A DNA stretch of 64,000 nucleotides from positions 288,001 to 352,000 of the forward strand of contig CM000433.1 of assembly GCA_000165345.1 (NCBI GenBank), given 5' to 3'. Positions 1 to 9,062 of this stretch are shown here, piece by piece. The translations under genes and the position numbers were made by a program. Position 1 is the first letter of the stretch. The number at the start of each line of letters is the position of its first letter. The notes under the pieces were generated by a model. That model was not told where the DNA came from. It did no database searches and worked only from the letters and a program-made list of their open reading frames with translations.

Positions 1-1287
1 AAGCGAATAAGCATATTTAATATTAAAAGGAACATTAGATTCGAATGATTTTGAATTATATACAGTTACAAAATGGATATTTGCATTTTCATATTTACCA
101 ATTTGAAAATATGCATCTCCTAATGTCAAATGTAAATCAATAAAATCTTCTAAGCTGTTATATTCATTTATAATTTTAGAAACTTGGAGTGCGGGAATGT
201 AATTTCCAAAATTAAGATTTGCCACTGCATATTTGGTTGCAATATCAATTGGAACGTTTTTCAAAAATTGATTATCAATTATTTCATTAGTATTATGTTG
301 AGTTAGTTGATTAAATATCGAATTAAAATCATTTGATTGAGTATTCATTTTTCCAAAATAATTATGAATTAGATCAACACACTTCTGGTATAATTTCAAA
401 TCAATATAAACTTCGCATAACATATTAACGATATTTATGTCATCACAATACTCTATACAGCTTTCAAGAATTTCCGCTGCTAAGCTCAACTTTCCAATTT
501 TATGATAGCATCTAGCAAGCTCTTTCCCCAAGAGTGGGTCGCCAGGGTGCCTCCAAAATAATATTTTTAGCTGTTGTATACACCTATTAATATCATTTAC
601 TGAATAATATGCACTACTAAGTTCAAACCGTATTTCATCTTCTAATTGTGCAGCCGATTCTTGCCCACCTAAATTCTCAGAGTATTCTATGTTTTTAATA
701 CATTTAGAGTAACAGTATATTGCTCTGTTCCAATCTTGAATTTCAGCACTCATTTGTCCTATTCTTCTCCATAAAAAAAAATCGGTGCTTACTAGGTGAG
801 CAGCAACTAAGTAAAATCCAATTGCCTTTTCTTTATCATCTAGTTCTTGTTCATATATAAGACCCAGCATATGGAAAGGGTCATGTAATCCTGGAGCTTT
901 GACAACGATTTCTTCGAGTATTTCGATTGCTAAGATGAATTTTTTTTCTAAATAAGCATCATTAGCTCGTTGCAACAATTTCTCGATTTCAGTTGAAACA
1001 TTTTGTTGTGACTTAGTTTTTTTTCGATGGCTTAAGTCTCTTCTTCTTTTCCTTTCATTTGAATATTTCGAAGTGCTAAATTCAAGTGAAAGCATGTTCT
1101 CAGAATCAGATTCGTCTTCCGAAAAATTATCAAAAAATTGGCTTAAAATATTTGAACTTTGACCATTTTTAAGCCCAGAATCACCAAATTTTAATAATTC
1201 ACCCATGTATGGCAGCTCTAATATATTTTGTTCATCATCGCCAATTTCATTGCTAAGTGAAGATGTAGTTGGATGAATTGTATTCAT
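1..1287 (-). CDS. TPR-repeat protein, TFIIIC subunit Tfc4/GTF3C3-like; 5' part only, the ORF runs off the window start
   Basis: Open frame from ATG at 1287 to position 1 (429 codons, no stop). Acidic/Ser-rich N-terminus, then TPR-like helices including '...KEKAIGFYLVAAHLVSTDFFLWRRIGQMS...', which resembles the AAHL...W motif of TFIIIC TPR subunits. Absent from the ORF track because no stop lies in the window. Confidence 0.45.
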   Translation of the reverse strand, partial: MNTIHPTTSSLSNEIGDDEQNILELPYMGELLKFGDSGLKNGQSSNILSQFFDNFSEDESDSENMLSLEFSTSKYSNERKRRRDLSHRKKTKSQQNVSTEIEKLLQRANDAYLEKKFILAIEILEEIVVKAPGLHDPFHMLGLIYEQELDDKEKAIGFYLVAAHLVSTDFFLWRRIGQMSAEIQDWNRAIYCYSKCIKNIEYSENLGGQESAAQLEDEIRFELSSAYYSVNDINRCIQQLKILFWRHPGDPLLGKELARCYHKIGKLSLAAEILESCIEYCDDINIVNMLCEVYIDLKLYQKCVDLIHNYFGKMNTQSNDFNSIFNQLTQHNTNEIIDNQFLKNVPIDIATKYAVANLNFGNYIPALQVSKIINEYNSLEDFIDLHLTLGDAYFQIGKYENANIHFVTVYNSKSFESNVPFNIKYAYSL

Positions 1288-1440
1288 AATTATAAGTTTA
1301 GTATATGCCGCATTTTAAAAAATATGTATTAAAAAAAACCAAATAAAATTTCAAAAAAACACTTGAAATTGTTTACTCATGAAAATAATCACATCCCATT
1401 TTCTTTGGGATAAACAAACATTTTAGTAATAGCCTGGAGT

Positions 1441-4360
1441 TCATTCATTAAAATATTTTGTTTTCAATACTTCTGCGCAAGACCAGTTGAAGTCTAATTT
1501 TGTATCTTGGAATTGCTTGCACTTATTGGAAAGACTGATAGTACTTAAGTCATTTTCGAATGGTCCCAACTGATTAATTTTTTCAATGTAAAATAGGGAT
1601 CTCTTAAAATCCTTGTTAATGAAAAATATCAATGCTTTAGTATGAAATTTAGATTTTAAAAGCGAAATCGGATCGGAATCATTTACAGTATTCAATACAT
1701 GATAAATTACTGTAGGGTTGCTTTTCCCTTGCACAACAACAACATCCAATGGGCATATTACAAACCTTTTCTGCACTTCTTTATTTACGAAGACATTGTT
1801 ACTTATTATTATGTCTGCAGAATAACGCCTAGTTAAAGATTCGATTCTACTGGCCAAATTAACTCCATCACCCATAATTCCGTACTTCATTCTTTTACTG
1901 CATCCAATGTTCCCAATCAGGACGTGATCTGTATGAATTCCACACTTAATGTTAATTTCTGGAATGTAGTTATTTCCGAAAGATCTAGATTTTAATTTTA
2001 ATTGCTTTTTCATTTTTAAAGACGCAGCTACCGCAGCTGCTGAATGGTTTTTAACAGCCATAGGTGAATTCCAAATTACTAGGATTGCATCTCCAGCAAT
2101 TTCTAGTAGGTTACCATGAAATTCTTCGATTATTTTAACCATTTCATCAAAATAATTAGTTAATAAGTAAAACAGTAATAATGGGTCAATCCTTTCTGCA
2201 ATACCAGTAAAACCAACAATATCTGAAAATAGAATTGTTATTTCCTTATACTGAGGACTAAGTGTTGAAAAGTCAAACTTCCTTAAGAGTGACGCTGCGA
2301 CACCTTGCGGAAGATATTTAGAGAGCGAATCCACATATTTTTTCAGAGATTCTGCGCAATGATTGGATAAAAACTCTGATAAATAGTCATTCATTGATAA
2401 ATTAATCTGAGAATTATCTTCATTAGAAAAAGACAAATTCTTTTCAGCTAACTTCAAATTACCATAAATCAAATCATACTTGTTTATTATTCGATTGTAA
2501 CTTTTCAATGATGAAGAAAAATACATCTGATCTACTTTAAGATGAAATATTGAACTTAAAAAAATAATCAGAAAATAAAAGTATTTCTGAATTATAGATG
2601 CAGTACAGTTGGCTTGAGAATATTTGTTGCCATAACTATTAATGATCGTCTCTATAGTAGAAATGAAAGTTACTGCTGCGAAAATAAATAATGTAATGTT
2701 GTAAAACGATTGTTCAAAAATAATTTTTCTATTCAAAAGTAAGCAAGACCCATTAGTAATGTCAAATAAATTGGTGTGGCAATCAATTCTATTCAATAGC
2801 TTTTTTTTGCAGTCCAAAGAAACTAATAACATCTCAAAATCTTCATAAGTTAGTTTTTTCTTGTTTGAAATGTATTCCTGATAACTTGAGATGCCAGTTT
2901 TCCTGTAAAAGCATATAAAACCATTAAATTCCTTACTGAACAGCCTCGGCAACCTGCGATCATTAAACTTCAGAGAAATAAAGAAAGATTTAAGAATAGC
3001 GAGTATCTGTGACTTACAAAATAAACAAAGTTTAAGGTAAACTAGTTTAAAATGTGAATAAAATTGATTATAAATTAGCATGAAACGTTGATTATTATTT
3101 GAATTTTTTGTAAATTTTCGTTCCTTTAAAGATAAAGTGGGAATATTGTATTCTAACCCGAAGAATTTATTTTGAATCCAATCAAAATTTTGAAACAAAA
3201 TATGTATACAATGATTGGTTAACCAGATTGCTTTGATCAAAAATATCGATTCCTAACTTTGTACAAATACTTTCGAATTCGGAAGATGAAATCATTGAAC
3301 TTATATCATTGCTAATAGAATAAAAAATTTGCTTGAGCTGAGTCCTGATAATTTCCGTAACTTGGAATTTATTATACTTGTTAGTAAATTTGCACTGAAG
3401 AATGAAAATAATACGATAAATATATGAATAATATAAAAGTTGAGCATAAATATTAAAAAATTCTTTAATTAGGCCCTCACTGCCATAAAAGTATAGAGTT
3501 GTTAAAATCAAATGGATCATTTCTATAGCCATGCCCATTTTTGGTATAGATTTCCAATTAAAAATATAGAAAAATATATCGAAGCAAATATTAATTACAG
3601 ACAAAGCAATAATTATAATCTCTGAGAGATGATTAATGGATATATATTTGCTTCTCAATATATTTATGTTCATAATGCGTATAACTTGAATTGCTAACTC
3701 TATTAATGATTTGCTACAAATTTTATAATATTCATTCAAAAACTTTAACAGGATAATTGAAACTTTATTATTTTCATGATTTGAAAATAACTGGACACCT
3801 TTTTTTAAACCAAAAAAATTATTAATGTCGTGAATAATATACTTATCAATATTTTTAATCTCAATACCAGGTGATGAATGATCTTGCCTCAAAGTATTAA
3901 GATTTTTTATATGTTGAAAATTTAAATCAGAAAGTTGTAACCGATTAACATGATTAATTAGTAAGTCAAATAACGGTAAGATACAGTTTCTGTGCGTTTT
4001 TATATTAATTACTCGACGCAGACGCCTTTGTTCCTTTACCAAATGCTGATTTTCATTTATGTATATTAATTCCAAAAAATCAAAATCTTGATAGGTCGAT
4101 AAAGATTTAGTGCTATTCAATATATTTTTAAAAGAGCATAAAAAATTGATTTCCTTTCTAAACGAGAGTTTTTTCAAATTAGTATTACATTTTTTTAAGT
4201 AATTTTCTTTCCGATTGGGACTTTGTGTAAACGCAAAAAAGTCTAATTTCGTCCCGGTTCTAATTATAGTTTCAACATTATTGCCCAATAAATTGGTGAA
4301 AGTTGAGTTTAAATTATTGGAATAAAATTTAATTCTATAATTACTATGGTTAATCTGCAT
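1441..4360 (-). CDS. Class III adenylyl/guanylyl cyclase with an N-terminal polytopic, ion-channel-like domain. Encoded as two overlapping ORFs (4360..3182 and 3240..1441) in frames differing by +1.
   Basis: ORF 1441..3240 carries a canonical cyclase homology domain ('ILFSDIVGFTGIAE...EIAGDAILVIWNSP...GIMGDGVNLASRIESL'). ORF 3182..4360 has several hydrophobic helices and a basic 'RRLRRVINIKTHR' segment. Both frames are open across 3182..3252. Deleting one T from the T5 run (plus-strand A5 at 3239..3243) fuses them: ...KLGIDILIKAIWLTNHC.... No credible GT..AG intron lies in the overlap. Confidence 0.7.
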
Positions 4361-4453
4361 ATATTACATATTTGCCACTAAGTTGCAGCTATTAAACAAA
4401 TACTTGATTATGCGGTATCAAATAAAAATACAAAATATGTGGTTAATTATATA

Positions 4454-5278
4454 TTAAAGTTCTTCTCTAGCTGTTGAGATTACATCATTTTCGAAGCTGT
4501 CGGTATTATTAAGAACGTTTGATGTCTTTGTTCCATTAGATATGCTTGAATTTGCTGTCAAATTTTCATGTTTTTCCTTCATTTCCCACCAAACGTGCAT
4601 ATTTGGAATTTTTAGTTTTTGGTCCTTCAATAATCTTGGCCAAATAGTATTAGGCTCCTTCTTAACTAGAGTGCAGGATAGCTTTCCAACAGATCCAAAT
4701 GACCATTCAGATAAATCTGAATCAATATTATCGAATAGCTCGAGTTTAAGAACATATTTTTTTTTTTCGTGTGAATGCGATCCCATTGCAGAAAAAAAAA
4801 ATATATTATCACGAATTGAGACAGTTTCATTTTCTATTTTCAATGCACCCGGAGCATTCCATCTGTAAGTAAACTTTATGTTCAGATATACTTGATCAGA
4901 TGATTGTGCCCATTGAAATGCAGGGGATAATGTTGCAATCTCACTGTGTTTTTTGTTTAATAATCTAGTTAGTTCATTTAACTCTCTTCTAATTGAGAGT
5001 TCCACAGAACGAACAACTGGACTTAAATCAATACCCTGCTCATGCGTTTTAATAATTAATTTCCTTGAGAGTATCCACCAACCTCTCGAAATTGAAGTAT
5101 TTAAATCATCTGCAATTATATTTCTTGTTAATTTTTCAAATATCTGTATTGCATCTGCTTCAGTTTGAGAACTAGCAAAGATAGATGTGTTATTATGCCC
5201 TAGCTGTTCACAGAAAGTAAAGCTACCTAGGAATACAATTAGAAACAAAGAGAAAAAGTAAGTTAGCATATTTTTCAA
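4454..5278 (-). CDS. Secreted protein with a possible CS/p23 (HSP20-like beta-sandwich) domain
   Basis: 274-aa ORF with an N-terminal signal peptide (MLTYFFSLFLIVFLGSFTFC). Middle region 'WAQSSDQVYLNIKF...VSIRDNIFFFSA...KKKYVLKLELFDNID...WSFGSVGKLSCTLVKKE...W' loosely fits a CS-domain pattern. Confidence 0.4.
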   Translation of the reverse strand: MKNMLTYFFSLFLIVFLGSFTFCEQLGHNNTSIFASSQTEADAIQIFEKLTRNIIADDLNTSISRGWWILSRKLIIKTHEQGIDLSPVVRSVELSIRRELNELTRLLNKKHSEIATLSPAFQWAQSSDQVYLNIKFTYRWNAPGALKIENETVSIRDNIFFFSAMGSHSHEKKKYVLKLELFDNIDSDLSEWSFGSVGKLSCTLVKKEPNTIWPRLLKDQKLKIPNMHVWWEMKEKHENLTANSSISNGTKTSNVLNNTDSFENDVISTAREEL

Positions 5279-5466
5279 TATTCTGAAGAAATTCCAATAT
5301 TACCGCAATTTTATCATCAAGCCTAAATTTCATTTAAAAACAAATTAATAAATTAATATCCAATATGGAATTAAATTAACGATATTTTTGTACTTAAGCT
5401 AACCAATTAATCTTATTTTATTCTTATGAAATTTTTATATACTGAGTGCGGATAAACTTTTATTAA

Positions 5467-6769
5467 ATGAATAAAGTTCTGGTAGTAGATAATGGCTCAT
5501 ACACCATTAAAATTGGATATTCAGGTGAAGAATTACCTAGGTAAGTTGAATTTCTTACCAAAAATATTTTAATTCTCTTAGGCATTGCTTCCCAAATTGT
5601 ATCGGAAAAGTTCGAAGAAAAGATAAAATTTATACATCTGATCAAATTTACAGCTTGAATGAATATTTTTCTTATTGTCCATTTTCTGAAGGCTTACTAA
5701 TTGATGTTTCAATGGAAAATGATATTTGGGAATATATTTTTAATAAAATGAATATTTCTCCAGGGGATATTGGTTTATTAGTCACTGAACCATTTCTAAA
5801 CCCATCCTCACTTCAGCATTCTCTTTTCGAAATAATCTTTGAGCAATTTGGTTTTAATAAGGCAATAGTTACAAATCCTCCTGCAATATCACAGTTTGCA
5901 TTCAATCCACAGCTAATTCCCAATACTGAGCAGCAAGTAATTAATCCTTGCTATTTGATTTTAGACTGTGGCTATCAGTGTTGTTTTAGTGTCCCATTTT
6001 TTCAAGGCTCACCAATTTATAAAGCTTGTAGAAGATTGGATATTGGCGGATATCACTTGGATCTTGCATTAAAAAATTTTCTTTCACTCAGACAAGTTGA
6101 TTTATCTAGAAGCTCTTTAATTGTCTCAAAAATTAAAGAAAGTTGCTGCTATATTTCTAAAAATTTTGATCTTGATATTAGCAGGTCGCCAGGAAATAGT
6201 CCTGATAATTTGGTGGAGCAGATATATCAACTCCCTGAATTAAAACCAAACAGTAAGAATTCAAACTTCTACTCTCAGGAGTGTATATCTCCAGATAATA
6301 TTGAACTTGAGAATTTCAATTTAAAAATGGAATCCGAATCTAGCGTGAATTGCGACCCTAGCAGAATCATTAAACTTTATTCTGAAAGGATTACTGTTCC
6401 GGAACTTTTATTTAGTCCTTCAAACGGAGGTTATAACTTTACAGGAATTGCCGACATGGTATCAGAGTCAATCTTATCATCCCCAAAGCATCTCCAAGAG
6501 CTTCTAGCGAATAATATATTGTTAATAGGAGGCTCTACTAAATTCAGAAATTTCGAAGCGAGATTAAATAAGGAGCTTTCCTCTCTACTACCTTCGGTAA
6601 GTTTAAAACTTAAACACTATCATTCAACTAACTTAAGAAGTCGTGGAAAATAAAAACAAGAAAATGCAATCAAAGACCTGACTTCACAACATGGGCAGGT
6701 GGCTCAATTTGGGGAGAAACAAACTTTGATACATATGCACTTTCAAAAAGTAAATACAATGAAATCTGA
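5467..6769 (+). CDS. ARP6: Actin-related protein Arp6, 3 exons: 5467..5540, 5582..6596, 6638..6769
   Basis: Exon 1 'MNKVLVVDNGSYTIKIGYSGEELPR' ends at a GTAAGT donor. A 41-nt intron and AG acceptor put exon 2 in the frame of ORF 5655..6653 ('HCFPNCIGK...LLIDVSMENDIWEYIF...LLVTEPFLNP...LILDCGYQ...'). A second GTAAGT donor at 6597 and an AG at 6636-6637 join an unannotated 3' exon encoding the actin-fold C-terminus 'KSWKIKTRKCNQRPDFTTWAGGSIWGETNFDTYALSKSKYNEI*'. Block-by-block similarity to human ACTR6. Confidence 0.8.
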
Positions 6770-6841
6770 CAAAAATTTTGTAAACATTACAATTGTTTGA
6801 TATAAATCAATTTATTTGAATTATTTAAGCGGCCCAAAAAA

Positions 6842-6866
6842 GTTCCCCGTCGCACGCGGGGATAAC
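6842..6866 (+). promoter_or_regulatory. GC-rich imperfect palindrome (CCCCGTCGCACGCGGGG) about 50 bp upstream of the RRM gene ATG
   Basis: It is an isolated GC island in an AT-rich intergenic region with CCCCG...CGGGG arms, so it could form a hairpin or be a cis element. It is of the same class as the other upstream GC motifs listed here. Confidence 0.3.
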
Positions 6867-6913
6867 TTTCTGTTTTTTCTACCCATTTATACTTTTCACA
6901 TTTCCTTCGTAAT

Positions 6914-7675
6914 ATGCCAGAGGCAAAAAAACGGGGAAGAAAACCAATTTTTCGAAAAATGGAGGAGGATAATTCTGAGCCACAAACATGCCAAGCTGAA
7001 GAAGGCAATAGCCAAACCCAACATGAATTGGAACAGGCTGAACCAATTCAAGAAGCTACAAATGCGGAGTCAGATGAGAAGAACCAAGTAGCCCCTCAGA
7101 TTGAACGAAGTAATGATCCTTCATGTACACTCTATGTTTGCAGGCTTTCTTTAAAAACAAAAGAAGATGACTTACGCCGGCTATTTGAGGATTATGGTGA
7201 AGTAACTGATTGTCATTTAGTTACTAATCCATTATCTGGCGAAAGCAGGTGTTTTGGGTTCGTAACTATGGGTAATGAGGAGGAAGCAGCGCGTGCAAAA
7301 GATGCACTGGATGGGAAAGAATATCAAGATGCAAGTTTGAAGGTTGAGACAGCAAGACGTGCTAAGCCATATGATCCCACTCCAGGAGAATATAAAGGGC
7401 CCCAATATCGATCAATTAAATATAATTCAAGAACTGGGTATTCTCGTTCTTCACATCGTGGCAATTCATTTAGACATTCTACTAGGAGTAGATATGACTA
7501 TCCACCGCCATCTCATTCGAGGGGTGATCAATACAACAGACACAATGATGACTATTACAACAGATACTATGATAGCAGATACCCTAGACCGGATGATTAT
7601 CACTCCTCTAGGTACCACTCACCGCCACGTTATTCTAGAGCAGATCCGTACGACTCAAGATATAGCAGACGATAA
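6914..7675 (+). CDS. RRM-containing RNA-binding protein with a C-terminal RS/RY-rich low-complexity tail (Tra2/SR-protein-like)
   Basis: RNP-type RRM ('LYVCRLSLKTKEDDLRRLFEDYGEVTDCHLV...CFGFVTMGNEEEAARAKDALDGKEY'), followed by an Arg/Ser/Tyr/Asp-rich repeat region (RSRYDYPPPSHSRGD...RYHSPPRYSRADPYDSRYSRR). Confidence 0.7.
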   Translation: MPEAKKRGRKPIFRKMEEDNSEPQTCQAEEGNSQTQHELEQAEPIQEATNAESDEKNQVAPQIERSNDPSCTLYVCRLSLKTKEDDLRRLFEDYGEVTDCHLVTNPLSGESRCFGFVTMGNEEEAARAKDALDGKEYQDASLKVETARRAKPYDPTPGEYKGPQYRSIKYNSRTGYSRSSHRGNSFRHSTRSRYDYPPPSHSRGDQYNRHNDDYYNRYYDSRYPRPDDYHSSRYHSPPRYSRADPYDSRYSRR

Positions 7676-7837
7676 AGTTATTAATCAAACTAAAATTAAC
7701 TAAATTTACTGTTTTTACAATATCCAGTCTAGAATAGAGTTTTGTACATTTCAAATTTTCCCGTCTTCTTATTCAGATTCCGCTTATTTCCCGTATTTTC
7801 CCCTTTTGTTCCCCCTTTTATTTTTATTTTATGAAAG

Positions 7838-8659
7838 ATGCAAGAAATTGATTACAAGTTGGTGAATGGAACTCATAGTCTCTTGACAACTTACTTTCTC
7901 GTCTCGACTGTTGCTGTAATTTTTTCCAGCGTGGTCCGGTTTGCTAATTTGATCACGACTCACGGTAAACTTCGCAAGAAGAATTTATCCTCAGAGAATA
8001 TTGGAAGTACCTCAACTGATAAGGTAATTTATTTAATATTGGGGTTGAGCGTGAATAAAGGGTGGTTTCGTTATTTCTATCTAGTTGGGGTATTCACAAC
8101 ATTAATTTGCGTATATTTAGGCTATCCAAATTGCCACAGATTACTTTTTTTTTTAATACATGTGATTAGAAGGCTATATGAAGAAGTATTTATTTCATAT
8201 CATAACACAAATTATAGTAAAATGAGTATTTTTGTATTTTTATTTGGTATATCATACTATATTATAATGCCTATAACATTATTGGCTACCCAAGATTTCT
8301 ATGGGAAATTTGTAGTTTTGCAATATATATCTTTCGCAGCATTTTCTTTAGTTCAATATAAAAGTCATGTTAAACTTTCAAACATTAGGAGAGCAAATTC
8401 CGAGGAGTATGGTATTCCTTATGGTGGTATGTTTAAATTTGTTAGTTGCCCACACTATTTCAGCGAGATTGGAATATATATATCATTATTTTTTGATGCT
8501 ATTTTTAATTCAAATAATTTGCATATTGCGGCCGCTCTATTATATATTATTAGTTGTATGTATTTAAATGCAATACGAGCACATAAATGGTATATTAACT
8601 ATTACAAGGAGTCATACCTATCTCTAAATCGCAAAGCAATTATTCCATATATTGTTTAA
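7838..8659 (+). CDS. Polyprenol reductase / steroid 5-alpha-reductase family membrane protein (SRD5A3/DFG10-like)
   Basis: Polytopic 273-aa ORF. It has the N-terminal 'HGKLRKK...VNKGWFRYFY' and the C-terminal catalytic-region signature 'YGIPYGGMFKFVSCPHYFSEIGIY...H.WY..Y' typical of the SRD5A/TECR family. Confidence 0.7.
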   Translation: MQEIDYKLVNGTHSLLTTYFLVSTVAVIFSSVVRFANLITTHGKLRKKNLSSENIGSTSTDKVIYLILGLSVNKGWFRYFYLVGVFTTLICVYLGYPNCHRLLFFLIHVIRRLYEEVFISYHNTNYSKMSIFVFLFGISYYIIMPITLLATQDFYGKFVVLQYISFAAFSLVQYKSHVKLSNIRRANSEEYGIPYGGMFKFVSCPHYFSEIGIYISLFFDAIFNSNNLHIAAALLYIISCMYLNAIRAHKWYINYYKESYLSLNRKAIIPYIV

Positions 8660-9051
8660 TTTTCTGATAATATCATTTTTAGGCGTCCATCCTTCCAAGA
8701 TTCATACGGATTTCTGATTATTCTAAATTCAATGTCATTTAAACTTAAATTTGGTGCATTAAGATTAACACCTAGAATGTGAAACAACCAATAATTATTC
8801 TGTAATCTTTCTGCGAGCTTCCATTCATTGAAAGAAATACGAAAAAAGTTCTTTTCTTTTTTTGATGATGATTTAACTTCAACAAATATTTCCTCCTTTG
8901 TTCCTCTTGTTTTATCCATGAAAACTAAAATAATGTCGTAAGGAAGACCCGATTCTGCTGTTTCATTAACCCAAGTTATATTGAAATAATCAATTCCAAG
9001 CTCGTTACTAAACTTTTCTTTCAAGGAATCAAAGGCTAGTTTTTCTCCCAT
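8656..9051 (-). CDS. DUF3883-like (PD-(D/E)xK restriction-endonuclease-fold) domain ORF. It is probably the frameshifted C-terminal domain of the upstream giant gene.
   Basis: 131-aa ORF 'GEKLAFDSL...WVNETAESGLPYDIILVF...EEIFVEVKSS...FFRISFNEWKLAERLQNNYWLFHI' matches the DUF3883 pattern (G-E-x-L-A; WV..E; YDI; [VI]EVK[ST]; F.[IL]S.NEW..A). Its frame is open upstream of its ATG. It sits 11 nt after the stop of ORF 9063..15161, in the +1 frame. Confidence 0.6.
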   Translation of the reverse strand: MGEKLAFDSLKEKFSNELGIDYFNITWVNETAESGLPYDIILVFMDKTRGTKEEIFVEVKSSSKKEKNFFRISFNEWKLAERLQNNYWLFHILGVNLNAPNLSLNDIEFRIIRNPYESWKDGRLKMILSEN

Positions 9052-9062
9052 CTTACCTATTT

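Noticed and set aside
3182-3252. A short intron, rather than a frameshift, joining the two cyclase ORFs
   Set aside because: The only GT..AG pairs in the 70-nt overlap have poor donors (GTTAAC, GTATAC), unlike the uniformly strong GTAAGT-class donors elsewhere in the window. A 1-nt change in the T5 run explains the junction exactly.
3400-3500. A possible K+-channel selectivity filter (TTLYFYGSEG) and S4-like basic segment in the cyclase N-terminal domain
   Set aside because: The match to the T[VI]GYG filter is inexact, and the Arg spacing is not a clean every-third-residue S4 pattern. It is left as a profile-alignment check rather than a claim.
4542-5168. ORF-track entries 4542..4868(+) and 4953..5168(+) antisense to the secreted CS-like gene. 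Similar antisense or embedded ORFs: 11162..11350, 12433..12645, 17844..18080, 19734..19931, 20954..21160, 22232..22621, 25723..25914, 27633..27969, 28281..28463, 29875..30156, 30376..30570, 36217..37704(-), 38176..38445, 39275..39508, 42844..43047, 44888..45499, 46107..46620, 47283..47510, 50267..50635, 51819..52013, 53376..53771, 54226..54414, 58180..58695(-).
   Set aside because: These are short, low-complexity ORFs lying entirely inside longer, well-supported ORFs on the opposite strand or in another frame. AT-rich DNA produces them by chance. None has a recognisable domain.
5582-5654. An alternative intron-1 acceptor or an internal ATG (5760s) as the Arp6 start
   Set aside because: Only the AG at 5580-5581 keeps the exon-1 peptide (MNKVLVVDNGSYTIKIGYSGEELPR) in frame with the actin-fold continuation (HCFPNCIGK...). 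That junction reproduces the conserved Arp6 N-terminal block.
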